Part shown: piece by piece, positions 8,359 through 17,691 of the stretch | How positions within the stretch are numbered: the stretch's first letter is position 1 | How the letters are laid out: every line of letters starts with the position of its first letter | Source: Candidatus Zixiibacteriota bacterium | GTDB taxonomy: Bacteria > Zixibacteria > MSB-5A5 > SM1-73 | Length of the DNA stretch: 32,916 nt | Direction: 5' to 3' | Assembly: GCA_029933635.1 (NCBI GenBank) | Contig: JAOZNS010000003.1 | Coordinates: 1-32,916, forward strand | Made by a program: the position numbers and the translations under genes | The notes under the pieces: model-generated | What the model was told of the DNA's origin: nothing | The model's database searches: none | The model's input: the letters and a program-made list of their open reading frames with translations, nothing else

Positions 8359-9207
8359 GTGAAGAAATTTATGGAAAAACTTGAGCGGCTGGATAGAAGG
8401 GTGATATTTGTCTTTATTGCTATCTCCGTCGCTTTACCCTTACTTTTTCCGGTGTATTTGGATTTTTCCGTCACCCCCCCGGTTCAAAGTTTTTATGATG
8501 CTATAGAGAAGCTTCCTCCGGGCTCCAAGGTGTTGGTCTCCTGTGATTATGACCCCGGCTCCATGCCGGAGCTTTTTCCCATGAACGTGGCGGTATTTTA
8601 TCATCTCCTCTCCCGGGATCTTAAGGTCATCACCATTCAGCTTTGGGCCACCGGCACCCTTTTGGCAGAGCGAGCCATGACTGAGGTTTTAAAGGAGTTC
8701 CCGGAGAAGAAATATGGGCAGGACTGGGTGAATCTGGGGTTCAAGGAGGGAAGAGAGGTGGTGATGGTCTCAATGGGGACCAGCATACCGAAAACCTTTC
8801 CCACCGACTCACGTGGAAGCAAAGTGGAGGATATCCCCATCATGGAAGGGGTGAAAAATTTTGATGATTTCGCTCTTTTGGTGAATATATCTGGCGGTTT
8901 GCCGGGGACCAAAGAATGGGTGCTTCAGGTGCAATCCAGATACCATGTGAAGCTGGGCTCCGGATGCACGGCGGTCAGCGCACCGGAGTTTTACCCCTAT
9001 GTTCAATCAGGACAACTGGTGGGGCTTTTGGGGGGAATGAAGGGGGCGGCTGAATATGAGAAGTTGGTGAAAAGACCTGGAACCGCACAAAGAGGAATGG
9101 ACGCTCAGTCGGTCTCACATATCGTGGTCTTTTTGTTTATCCTGATCGGGAACATTGCCTATTTCTCAGTCAAGGGAACCAGGAAAAGACTTAAAGTTTC
9201 ACGATAG
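8359..9207 (+). CDS. Cassette 3 gene C: two-TM anchored soluble-domain protein
   Basis: LPPGSKVLVSCDYDPGSMPEL, SGQLVGLLGGMKGAAEYE. GTG start; ATG 8371 is an alternative. Confidence 0.85.
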   Translation: MKKFMEKLERLDRRVIFVFIAISVALPLLFPVYLDFSVTPPVQSFYDAIEKLPPGSKVLVSCDYDPGSMPELFPMNVAVFYHLLSRDLKVITIQLWATGTLLAERAMTEVLKEFPEKKYGQDWVNLGFKEGREVVMVSMGTSIPKTFPTDSRGSKVEDIPIMEGVKNFDDFALLVNISGGLPGTKEWVLQVQSRYHVKLGSGCTAVSAPEFYPYVQSGQLVGLLGGMKGAAEYEKLVKRPGTAQRGMDAQSVSHIVVFLFILIGNIAYFSVKGTRKRLKVSR

Positions 9208-9237
9208 TGCTTAAGTTTGAGTCGGGAGTAGAAGTTC

Positions 9238-9864
9238 ATGCCGATAGAGGAAACAATAGGAATCTGGGTGGGTGCCTTTTTGACCCTGTGTATATTTTCC
9301 TTCCTGTATAAGGATAATCCCTTTTATAAGCTGGCCGAACACATATTTGTGGGGATATCTGCAGGATACTGGGCTACACTGGAATGGCATAACGTCTTTC
9401 TACCTAATCTATGGAAACCACTTACCCAGGAAGGAAGGCTTCTTCTTCTGGTTCCCTTCGCCTTTGGAATTTTGCTTTTCGGACGTTTCACCAAAAAATA
9501 TAGCTGGCTTTCCCGCTGGTCCATGGCGCTGATCATCGGAATCTATGCAGGAATAACCATAGTGGGCTATGGATCAGGAGATCTGATACTTCAGATTCAC
9601 GCCAATTTGCTTCCCTTGTGGACCGACGATTGGTTCACCTCCTTAAATAATATCCTATTAACCGTTGGGGTGATAACCGGTCTGATCTACTTCTTCTTCT
9701 CCAAGGAACACAAGGGACTCTTTGGGGCCGGAGCCAAAGTAGGCATCTGGTTTCTGATGATCTCCTTTGGGGCTTCATTTGGCTATACGGTCATGTCCCG
9801 TATGTCTCTTCTGATCGGCAGAATATACTTTCTTTTAGGAAACTGGCTCCATCTTTTGGAGTAA
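9238..9864 (+). CDS. Cassette 3 gene D: polytopic membrane protein
   Basis: IFSFLYKDNPFYKLAE, LIYFFFSKEHKG, YTVMSRMSLLIGR. Confidence 0.85.
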   Translation: MPIEETIGIWVGAFLTLCIFSFLYKDNPFYKLAEHIFVGISAGYWATLEWHNVFLPNLWKPLTQEGRLLLLVPFAFGILLFGRFTKKYSWLSRWSMALIIGIYAGITIVGYGSGDLILQIHANLLPLWTDDWFTSLNNILLTVGVITGLIYFFFSKEHKGLFGAGAKVGIWFLMISFGASFGYTVMSRMSLLIGRIYFLLGNWLHLLE

Positions 9865-10132
9865 TTCCCGGCCACCTGAAATCGTTGGTGTTCAACTGGG
9901 GCAATCTTATCTTTTCGACGACACGATTATGAACAAAGACATCCCCGGCTTATCAGGAGGAGTTTCTCATTTCGCTTTTGGAGAAGGTGTGGGTCTTTCT
10001 TATTTAGGTTGGGAGATTTAATGTAAGTTATTGTATTTGAGAGTCAAATAAAAAAGCATCAACTCTTAGCGAAAAAGATCAGTCTAAAAGGGTGAGGTTG
10101 AAAATCACTCTTTTTTTGCTTTTTCTATCTTT

Positions 10133-10168
10133 CCCTCACCCTAACCCTCTCCCCAAGGGGAGAGGGAA
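10133..10168. repeat. BoxC-like palindromic element
   Basis: CCCTCACCCTAACCCTCTCCCC-AA-GGGGAGAGGGAA. Perfect 10-bp stem (10145-10154 / 10157-10166) with a pyrimidine-rich leader typical of BoxC-type repeats. Confidence 0.7.
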
Positions 10169-10348
10169 CTAACTGTAAATCTATCAACCTTGTGGGTTTT
10201 AAATCATGAAGGTGCGACCTGAAATACGAAAGAACCGGAAATGCCAGGTCTTTCGCATTTTCCCCAAGATTAAAATGAAAAGGAACAGATCTTTCAATTA
10301 TCCCCATAGGGGGAGAGGTTCTAAGATCCTGCGCCTGATGATTTTGGA

Positions 10349-10426
10349 TAGGGGCGAATCTGAAGATTTTCTCTTTTGATTCGGTCAGTTGACTCAAATG
10401 AGGTGGAGTTAAAGCTCTACCCCTAC
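10349..10426. repeat. Degenerate GTAG-type REP doublet (REPIN-like)
   Basis: TAGGGGCGAATC... at left and ...GCTCTACCCCTAC at right in inverted orientation, each with an imperfect internal hairpin. Confidence 0.4.
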
Positions 10427-10606
10427 ATAAACTACGCCAGCACAATATGGACCACCTCCAGGAAATTTCATTCGAAGCTACATTTTTATTTCTCTCGCCC
10501 TAACAACAACCTGCAAAGAACTCTTTTGAGAATGACCCAAAACGTTTAAGCCATTTCCGCAGGATTCAAATGAAGAGGTTTTTTACTCCATCTCATAAAT
10601 GAATTT

Positions 10607-10637
10607 AAAAAAAAGCCCCGCCGTTTAAAGGCGGGGC
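10607..10637 (-). terminator. Rho-independent terminator of the dcw operon
   Basis: Minus strand GCCCCGCC-TTTAAAC-GGCGGGGC-TTTTTTTT, about 105 nt after the ftsZ stop. Confidence 0.85.
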
Positions 10638-10741
10638 CTGTCGCAAAGGAGGCATTGAGGGTCACTAAAGGAGGTATAAGATAGACGGTCATTCTTTCGA
10701 AATCTGCCAATCGGTATGTTTCGAAAAATAATCTTATATTT

Positions 10742-11893
10742 TCATCCCTCGTTTTGTTTCCTCAAAAAAGTGGGAACCTCCCAGTCATCTGCCTGATATG
10801 AGCGAACCTTGCTTCTGGATGAGACCTGGTGAGGCTTCCCCAGAGGTTCCTTTTGTTTCAGCGAGTTTTTTTCCAAAATCAGCTTGCCTGATGAGAAAAG
10901 GTCGGAGCCGGATTCGGTTTCCTCGCTTTTCAGATTATTGCCAAATCCAGTGGCGATGACCGTTACCCTGATCTCATCCTGAAGATTCTCATCTATCACC
11001 GCGCCGAAGATGATGTTGGCCTCGGTCCCCGCCGCCTCGGCAACCAAGCTGGCGGCCTCATTTACCTCAAGAAGTCCCATATTACTGTTGCCCGTGATGT
11101 TGATTAAAACAGCCTTAGCTCCATTTATGGAGACGTTATCCAGAAGGGGACTGGAGATAGCCTGGGTGGCAGCTTCCTTGGCGCGATTCTCACCGATTCC
11201 GTATCCAATGCCCATGAGCGCATCTCCCATCTCCGACATCACGGTCTTGACATCTGCAAAGTCCAGATTGATTAAGCCGGGGACGCTGATAAGGTCGGAG
11301 ATCCCTTTGGTGGCTTGAAGCAGAACCTCATCTGCCATCCTGAAAGCATCGGTGAGCTTGGTATCTGGGTTGGCTAAGCTCAAAAGCTTCTGGTTGGGAA
11401 TGACTATCAAAGTATCCACCTTATCCTTTAGCTCCTCAATTCCCATAAGGGCGCGGCTCATACGCTTTTTTCCTTCAAAATCAAAAGGCTTGGTTACGAT
11501 CCCGATGGTTAAGGCTCCCTGATCTTTAGCCAGCTCTGCAACAATGGGACAGGCGCCGGTGCCGGTGCCACCTCCCATTCCGGCGGTGACGAAGATCATA
11601 TCCGCACCCAAAAGTGATTCTGCCACCACATCCCTGTCCTCCTCAATCGCCCTTCTGCCGATCTCCGGACTGGCTCCTGCGCCTAATCCTTTGGTAAGGC
11701 GAGAGCCGATCTGGACCCTATGGGTGGCTTTGCAATTCTCCAAATCCTGGAGGTCGGTATTTATGGAGATGAAATCCACTCCCGAGAGTCCAGCGTCGAT
11801 CATTCGATTGACAGCATTCCCTCCGGCCCCACCCACCCCTACCACCTTCATCCGGGCGTAATTTTCATAACTTGTGTCCAGCTCAAAAAACAT
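10742..11893 (-). CDS. ftsZ: Cell division GTPase FtsZ
   Basis: GVGGAGGNA, GMGGGTGTG, INLDFADV, C-terminal EVPTFLRKQ. Confidence 0.98.
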   Translation of the reverse strand: MFFELDTSYENYARMKVVGVGGAGGNAVNRMIDAGLSGVDFISINTDLQDLENCKATHRVQIGSRLTKGLGAGASPEIGRRAIEEDRDVVAESLLGADMIFVTAGMGGGTGTGACPIVAELAKDQGALTIGIVTKPFDFEGKKRMSRALMGIEELKDKVDTLIVIPNQKLLSLANPDTKLTDAFRMADEVLLQATKGISDLISVPGLINLDFADVKTVMSEMGDALMGIGYGIGENRAKEAATQAISSPLLDNVSINGAKAVLINITGNSNMGLLEVNEAASLVAEAAGTEANIIFGAVIDENLQDEIRVTVIATGFGNNLKSEETESGSDLFSSGKLILEKNSLKQKEPLGKPHQVSSRSKVRSYQADDWEVPTFLRKQNEG

Positions 11894-11919
11894 AGCTTCT
11901 CCCTCCCTCTTTTGGAATT

Positions 11920-13146
11920 TTAAAGATATGAACTAAAAATGTTTTTCATCTTTTGAAACCATCCCTTTGCCTTCAGGCGTCCTCTTAGCTTTCCTTCTCT
12001 CATCTGTTCCCATCCGTAGAGGATCAGCCCCACTCCAGTCGAATAGATGGGGCTGGAGGCATGTTCCTCCAGACCGGCTAAGCCTTGTGGTTTTCCGGTT
12101 CGCACCGGAACATCAAATATCTTTTCTGCCAGCTCCACCATTCCTGGCATCAACGATCCTCCGCCGGTGAGAACGATTCCGGCGGTTAAAAGGTCAAAAA
12201 AGTTACTTTTTTTCATTTCTTGAAGGGTAAGGCTAAGTATTTCCTCCACCCGGGGTTCGATTATTGCGGAAAGCACAGTTCGGGAGATCTGTTGAGGCTT
12301 TCTCCCCCCCACCCCAGGAACCTCAATGGTCTCATCCGGATCCACCAGGCTGGATATGGCACAACCGTAGAGTTTTTTAATCTCCTCAGCCTGATCCACC
12401 GGCGTTCTTAGACCAATGGCCACATCGTTGGTGATGTTTTTTCCTCCTAAGCCCACCACCCCGGTGTGTCTGATGGAGCCGTCATAGAAGATGGCAAAAT
12501 CGGTGGTTCCCCCTCCCAGATCCAAAAGCGCCACCCCTAACTCCTCCTCATCCGGAGACAATAGTGCGTAGCTGGTGGCAAGGGGTTGAAGCACCAGATC
12601 CTTTACCTCCACTCCAGCCTTTTTTACGCTCCGGTAGATGTTCTGAGCGGAGGTAATAGCTCCGGTGACTATATGAACCTCGGTTTCTAACCTCACCCCC
12701 ACCATTCCCACCGGATCTTTGACTCCGGTTTGATCATCCACCGTGAACTCCTGAGGCAGGACATGGATGATTTCCCGATCCATGGGCAAGGCAACCGTCT
12801 TGGCAGCTTCGATAACCTTCTCCACATCCGTGGGGGTGATCTCGTGATCGGAGCCAGATACTGCGATCACCCCTCTGCTGTTGATGCTTCGGATGTGATC
12901 GCCAGCTATGCCAGCAAAGACGGAGTCCACCTTAACTCCTGCCATCATCTCCGCATCTTCCACCGCGGTAGCTATCGACTCCACGGTCCTCTCCAGGTTG
13001 ATGACCACTCCCCGCTTCAGTCCTTCCGATGGACTGGTGCCAATACCAATTATCTTGGGTTGCCCGGACTCACCTATCTCTGAAATGATGGCTGCTATCT
13101 TGGTGGTCCCTATATCCAAACCGACGATTTGACTTTCATCTCCCAT
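11920..13146 (-). CDS. ftsA: Cell division protein FtsA
   Basis: GLDIGTTK, LDLGGGTTD, VLTGGGS, amphipathic C-terminus; position before ftsZ. Confidence 0.97.
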   Translation of the reverse strand: MGDESQIVGLDIGTTKIAAIISEIGESGQPKIIGIGTSPSEGLKRGVVINLERTVESIATAVEDAEMMAGVKVDSVFAGIAGDHIRSINSRGVIAVSGSDHEITPTDVEKVIEAAKTVALPMDREIIHVLPQEFTVDDQTGVKDPVGMVGVRLETEVHIVTGAITSAQNIYRSVKKAGVEVKDLVLQPLATSYALLSPDEEELGVALLDLGGGTTDFAIFYDGSIRHTGVVGLGGKNITNDVAIGLRTPVDQAEEIKKLYGCAISSLVDPDETIEVPGVGGRKPQQISRTVLSAIIEPRVEEILSLTLQEMKKSNFFDLLTAGIVLTGGGSLMPGMVELAEKIFDVPVRTGKPQGLAGLEEHASSPIYSTGVGLILYGWEQMREGKLRGRLKAKGWFQKMKNIFSSYL

Positions 13147-13161
13147 GTCTGCCTCTTGGTC

Positions 13162-13998
13162 TTAAAGGTTTTGGACTTTTGTCTGATCGGGAGGGTTTTC
13201 GCTTTTCCCTTCTGGCAAGGGAGCTTTTCTTGAGGAATCGGTCAGCACCACCTGATCATCGAATCTAAGATCCAGACATAAAAACTGGTTGACTTTGTTC
13301 TCCATGGCCAGGATGGTTTTCACCCTTCTCCATTTTTTCTTAAAATCGCCCAGCCCCATCATCACTTTGACCCCGGGCAGAAGATAGACAATTGGATCGG
13401 AAATATCTCGAAGGTTGATCTCGGCTAAAAGCTTTTCCAAATCGGGATCAGCCGAAAGCAGAGTGCTGTATAACTCCAACGCCTTTGCCACCTTAAGATT
13501 AGAACATTTCCGATAAGGTTTTAAGGCGTTCTCTGTTTTTGGATCTACCTCCTTTGACTCGATTCCGGTCACCATTGGGAGATCACGGTATAAATCCTCC
13601 TGATCTAAAGGGATGATCTCCTGATCGATCGACAGCCCACAAAATCCCCATTCCCCCAGATCAGGGAATTTGGCTGGAAGGCTGAGCCAGAGAATCGGCA
13701 TCTTTTCTTGCACCTCAATCAATATGCTCTGTGGAAACCTTCTTTTTATTAAGACCCCCTTTATCCTCGGGTCCTTTTTTAGCTCTGCCTCAATCTGGGT
13801 TAAGTTCAGGCTGAAGATGTTTTTGCCCAGGCATGGTTGGACTTTTTTCATGATCTCGTTGGATGTTATCTTGTGGTTTCCCCGGATCTTAATTTCGATC
13901 ACATCGAAGTTAGGGGAGTGACAAACGTATATGTAGGTTCCGCAAAATATCAATATGATCGCAACAAGGACAAAAAAAGTTCTCTTCCCGTTAGTCAA
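13162..13998 (-). CDS. ftsQ: Cell division protein FtsQ/DivIB
   Basis: N-terminal TM, POTRA-like I.IRGN...RRFPQSILIEVQE, C-terminal LDLRFDDQVV; synteny. Confidence 0.9.
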   Translation of the reverse strand: MTNGKRTFFVLVAIILIFCGTYIYVCHSPNFDVIEIKIRGNHKITSNEIMKKVQPCLGKNIFSLNLTQIEAELKKDPRIKGVLIKRRFPQSILIEVQEKMPILWLSLPAKFPDLGEWGFCGLSIDQEIIPLDQEDLYRDLPMVTGIESKEVDPKTENALKPYRKCSNLKVAKALELYSTLLSADPDLEKLLAEINLRDISDPIVYLLPGVKVMMGLGDFKKKWRRVKTILAMENKVNQFLCLDLRFDDQVVLTDSSRKAPLPEGKSENPPDQTKVQNL

Positions 13999-13999
13999 A

Positions 14000-15373
14000 T
14001 TATTCCCTCAACTGATTTAAAAGTTGCGTTCCAGCCTTGTATACATCCCCTGCTCCCATGGTGATGACCATATCGTTTTCTCTTATCATCCGTCTCAGAA
14101 AGGAGGCCACCTTCTCTAATTGTGGAACATAAAATACATTTTTATGTCCGAGCTTCTTAGCGGAATCGGAGATGAGCTGCCCGCTCACTCCCGGTATAGG
14201 ACTCTCTCGTGCGGGATAAACGTCGGTCACCACCAGCACGTCAGAAAGGAGAAGTGCTCTGCCAAATTCTTGATGGAGGTCCCGGGTTCGAGAAAACAGA
14301 TGAGGTTGAAATACCGCCACCGTTCTTCTTTTCCATCCAGTCCTTGCGCTTTCTAAGGTGGCTAAGATCTCCGTGGGATGATGGGCATAATCATCCACCA
14401 CCAAAACGCCTTTCACCTCTCCTTTGATCTCAAATCTTCTATGCACCCCTTTGAACTTCTTCAGTCCACCTATAATTTTCTCCCAGGGTATATCCAGTTC
14501 CAAACCGACTCCAATTGCCGCCAGGGAGTTTTTTACATTATGAGCTCCAGGAACGGATAGAGATACCTCTCCTTTGTTCTCCCCATTGATTTGCACTTCA
14601 AACCTGCTGTGGTTTTTCTCAAAACGGATGGAGTAAGCTTTAAGATCTGCCTCCGGAGATAGACCATAAGTGGTCAAGGGTCTTTCTATTTGAGGAACCA
14701 GCTCTTGCAAATTCCTTTCGTCCCAGCATAGAATTACCCTTCCGTAGAAGGGGACCTTATTCACAAACTCGAGGAAGGCGGATTTTATTTCTTCAAAATC
14801 TTTGTAATAATCCAGATGCTCCGCCTCCAGCGTGGTGACCACTGCGATGGTGGGGGTGAGCTGTAAAAAGGAGCGATCGTATTCGTCCGCTTCTGTCACC
14901 ATAAATTCTCCATTTCCCAAGCGGGCGTGCGCACCCAAGTTGATCACCCTTCCGCCCACCACGATGGTGGGGTCCAGTCCCCCCTCAGACAGGATCTCAC
15001 CCACCATCGAGGTGGTGGTTGTCTTCCCATGAGTGCCGGCGATGCCGATCCCGTATTTCATTCTCATCAGCTCGCCTAACATCTCGGCCCTTCTTATCAC
15101 CGGGATCCTTCTATTTTTTGCTCCGATCACCTCTGGATTGTCCTTTTTTACCGCGGAGGAGATGACCACCAGGTCTGCATCCTTTACATTCTCTTCAAGG
15201 TGTTGACTTCGAATCTTTATCCCAAGATCCTGTAACCTTTGGGTGGTCTCGGAGGATTTGAGATCAGAGCCGGTGACCTCATATCCCAGATTGAAAAGCA
15301 CCTCGGCAATGCCGGACATCCCCGCTCCACCAATTCCTACAAGATGGATATGTTTTATTTTACTGAATTTCAT
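14000..15373 (-). CDS. murC: UDP-N-acetylmuramate--L-alanine ligase
   Basis: GIGGAGMSG, GTHGKTTT, EADEYD, DDYAHHPTE. Confidence 0.97.
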   Translation of the reverse strand: MKFSKIKHIHLVGIGGAGMSGIAEVLFNLGYEVTGSDLKSSETTQRLQDLGIKIRSQHLEENVKDADLVVISSAVKKDNPEVIGAKNRRIPVIRRAEMLGELMRMKYGIGIAGTHGKTTTTSMVGEILSEGGLDPTIVVGGRVINLGAHARLGNGEFMVTEADEYDRSFLQLTPTIAVVTTLEAEHLDYYKDFEEIKSAFLEFVNKVPFYGRVILCWDERNLQELVPQIERPLTTYGLSPEADLKAYSIRFEKNHSRFEVQINGENKGEVSLSVPGAHNVKNSLAAIGVGLELDIPWEKIIGGLKKFKGVHRRFEIKGEVKGVLVVDDYAHHPTEILATLESARTGWKRRTVAVFQPHLFSRTRDLHQEFGRALLLSDVLVVTDVYPARESPIPGVSGQLISDSAKKLGHKNVFYVPQLEKVASFLRRMIRENDMVITMGAGDVYKAGTQLLNQLRE

Positions 15374-15448
15374 AATCGATACTGGGTGATCCCAAAGCCT
15401 CGGTTATTTTATCTTTATGGGTTTGCATAATTTTTAAACCCACGGTTC

Positions 15449-16558
15449 TCATCTATAGATTTTTACCCTTTTCTTCAAAAGTCTGTCCATCTCATCAACC
15501 AAAAGTGATGTTGCCTCGGGTCTGCTCACCTCTTTGCTTTTCTCCGCCATCCGTTTCAATTTGGCCGAATTAGAAAGAAGAGAACGAATCTGCACGGAGA
15601 GTTTTTCTGCGGTTAGGTCCCTTTGCAGTATCATCTTTGAAGCCCCCTTTTCTTGTAGACTTTCGGCATTATGTCTTTGATGATCTCCGGTGGCGAAGGG
15701 AAAAGGGATGAGTATGGAGGGTTTCCCGCAGGCGGTGATCTCCGCTAAGGTTAATGCTCCTGCCCGGGAAACCACCAAATCCGAAGCCGCATACGCAGAT
15801 CCCATGTTTCGAATGAATGGATAGACCGCGCATTTAATTTTTTTTCCTTTCACCTTCTGAGAGATCCGAGGAAAATCCGCTTCTCCGGTCTGCCACAGAA
15901 CTTGCCATTCGGGCGGAAGCAAATCCAAGCATTGCAAAAATACAGAATTTATGGCATGAGCACCCTGACTGCCGCCGAAAACGAATATGGTGGCTTTTCC
16001 CTGATCCAATCCAAATTCCTTCAGGGCATGACTTCGCTTCGCCTGGAGAAGATCTCCTCTTATGGGATTTCCGATGACAGTCAATTTTTTTCTTTGGCGG
16101 AAATACCGGACCGATTCTGGATAGGAGAGACATACCCGGTCCACGAAATGGATCAAAAATCGGGTGGAGATTCCCGGGTAGCTGTTCTGCTCCTGGATCA
16201 TGGTGGGCACCTTCAATAAGCTGGCCAAAAGGACCACCGGAAAGCTCACATATCCCCCGGTTCCCACCACCAGATGGGGTTTGGTCTGATTTAATATCTT
16301 GATGGCTTGATAAAAACCTCTCAAAAGATAAAACCAGAGGAACAGGTTGGATAGAAAAGAGCTTCTGGCGAATCCTTTCGTCTGAATAAACACCAGCTTA
16401 AAACCATGTAAAGGAACGACCTTTCTTTCCAGTCCCTCCTTGGTTCCCACGAAGATAAGCTGACTTTGGGGAACTCTCTTTTTGAACTCCTTGGCCATGG
16501 CTATTGCCGGAAAGATGTGTCCGCCGGTCTTTCCTCCTGCAAATATGACTCTTATCAT
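15449..16558 (-). CDS. murG: Lipid II-forming GlcNAc transferase MurG
   Basis: GGKTGGHIFP, GTGGYVS, EQN, GNP, GGSQGA, SRAGA, HQ..NA. Confidence 0.97.
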   Translation of the reverse strand: MIRVIFAGGKTGGHIFPAIAMAKEFKKRVPQSQLIFVGTKEGLERKVVPLHGFKLVFIQTKGFARSSFLSNLFLWFYLLRGFYQAIKILNQTKPHLVVGTGGYVSFPVVLLASLLKVPTMIQEQNSYPGISTRFLIHFVDRVCLSYPESVRYFRQRKKLTVIGNPIRGDLLQAKRSHALKEFGLDQGKATIFVFGGSQGAHAINSVFLQCLDLLPPEWQVLWQTGEADFPRISQKVKGKKIKCAVYPFIRNMGSAYAASDLVVSRAGALTLAEITACGKPSILIPFPFATGDHQRHNAESLQEKGASKMILQRDLTAEKLSVQIRSLLSNSAKLKRMAEKSKEVSRPEATSLLVDEMDRLLKKRVKIYR

Positions 16559-17679
16559 ATCCTTGTTGTGCCCACAATGCGACGCGCTGGAACGAACTTG
16601 GTCTGTCTGGAGATGTTTAGAAGAATTCCCATCCCGAGCGAAGAAAAGACCAAAGATGAACCACCATAGCTTAAAAAGGGCATGGGGAGTCCTGTGGTGG
16701 GCAAAAGCCCTACCACCACGCTCGCATTGATTATAACTCCCACAAAGATGCTGAAAGTTATCCCGAATGCCAGAAGATATCCAAAATCGTCTGAGGCTTT
16801 TTGTGCAATAGACATTCCCTTTGCGGTCAAAAGAAGAAACAAAATCAAGATAGCTGAAGCTCCTAAGAATCCCAATTCCTCGCCGGTGGTGGCGAAGATG
16901 AAATCGGTATAGGGCTCAGGCAGAAAGAAAAGCTTTGCCTTCCCTTCACCCAGCCCCACCCCCAAAATCTCACCTGAACCCAAAGCCAAGACGGACTGCT
17001 TCATCTGATAGTTTCCTTTGAGGGGATCCTCCAAAGAATTGAGATAATCATTTACTCGTGCCTTTTTATACCCGAGGAGAAATACCAAGATGCATACACT
17101 TAAAATCAGAGGAGCAACGATCAAAAGAAGGTGTCGAACCTTCGCTCCGGCCACAAACAGCATCCCCAGAACAACCGAGGATAGAACCAGAACCGCTCCA
17201 AGATGGGGTTGTTTCAAGATCAAAACGGCGGCCACCCCGAAGATCGCGAAATAGGGGAGAAGAACAGACTTAAGCTCTTTTATTTGACCTTTCCTTCTAC
17301 TTAAAGAAGAGGCCATGAACAGTATCAGAGCATATTTAAAAAGCTCAGAAGGCTGAAAGTTCACCGGTCCAAGCTTTATCCATCGATTGGCTCCCCTGGT
17401 GGAGGGAAATAACAGCACCGTCACCAGCAGAAGAAGTGAAAGAAGTAGGACCAAAGGAGAGATTTTTTCGAATCGATGGTAGTCCACCTTGGTCAGAATC
17501 AAAATCAGTGCTACGGAGATGATCGCCCAGATAGCCTGCCTTTGGACAAAGAAGGTGGAACTTCCCATTTTTTCGGAAGCAAGTATGGCTGAGGCGGAAT
17601 AGACCATCACCACTCCAAAGGCTATTAAGATTAAGACTACCAACATCAAAAGATAATCTGGTCTGGATTTATCGATCAT
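16555..17679 (-). CDS. ftsW: SEDS peptidoglycan polymerase FtsW
   Basis: RWI..GP..FQPSE, LPEPYTDFIF, EELG, PFLSYGGSS. Confidence 0.96.
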   Translation of the reverse strand: MIDKSRPDYLLMLVVLILIAFGVVMVYSASAILASEKMGSSTFFVQRQAIWAIISVALILILTKVDYHRFEKISPLVLLLSLLLLVTVLLFPSTRGANRWIKLGPVNFQPSELFKYALILFMASSLSRRKGQIKELKSVLLPYFAIFGVAAVLILKQPHLGAVLVLSSVVLGMLFVAGAKVRHLLLIVAPLILSVCILVFLLGYKKARVNDYLNSLEDPLKGNYQMKQSVLALGSGEILGVGLGEGKAKLFFLPEPYTDFIFATTGEELGFLGASAILILFLLLTAKGMSIAQKASDDFGYLLAFGITFSIFVGVIINASVVVGLLPTTGLPMPFLSYGGSSLVFSSLGMGILLNISRQTKFVPARRIVGTTRI

Positions 17680-17691
17680 CTGACCTTTTCC

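Noticed and set aside
1-9864. Cassette array as prophage, defence island, DGR or ABC transporter
   Set aside because: No integrase, reverse transcriptase, nuclease, phage structural or ATPase motifs, and no template/variable repeat pair.
10024-10037. IHF-like TAAGTTATTGTATT (a similar site on the minus strand near 27735-27749)
   Set aside because: Imperfect match in AT-rich DNA, and not positioned relative to the sigma54 promoter.
10125-10445. 106-aa minus-strand ORF
   Set aside because: Its C-terminus (PSPLGERVRVRE) is a translation of the BoxC-like repeat, and it crosses REP remnants; no RBS or recognisable domain.
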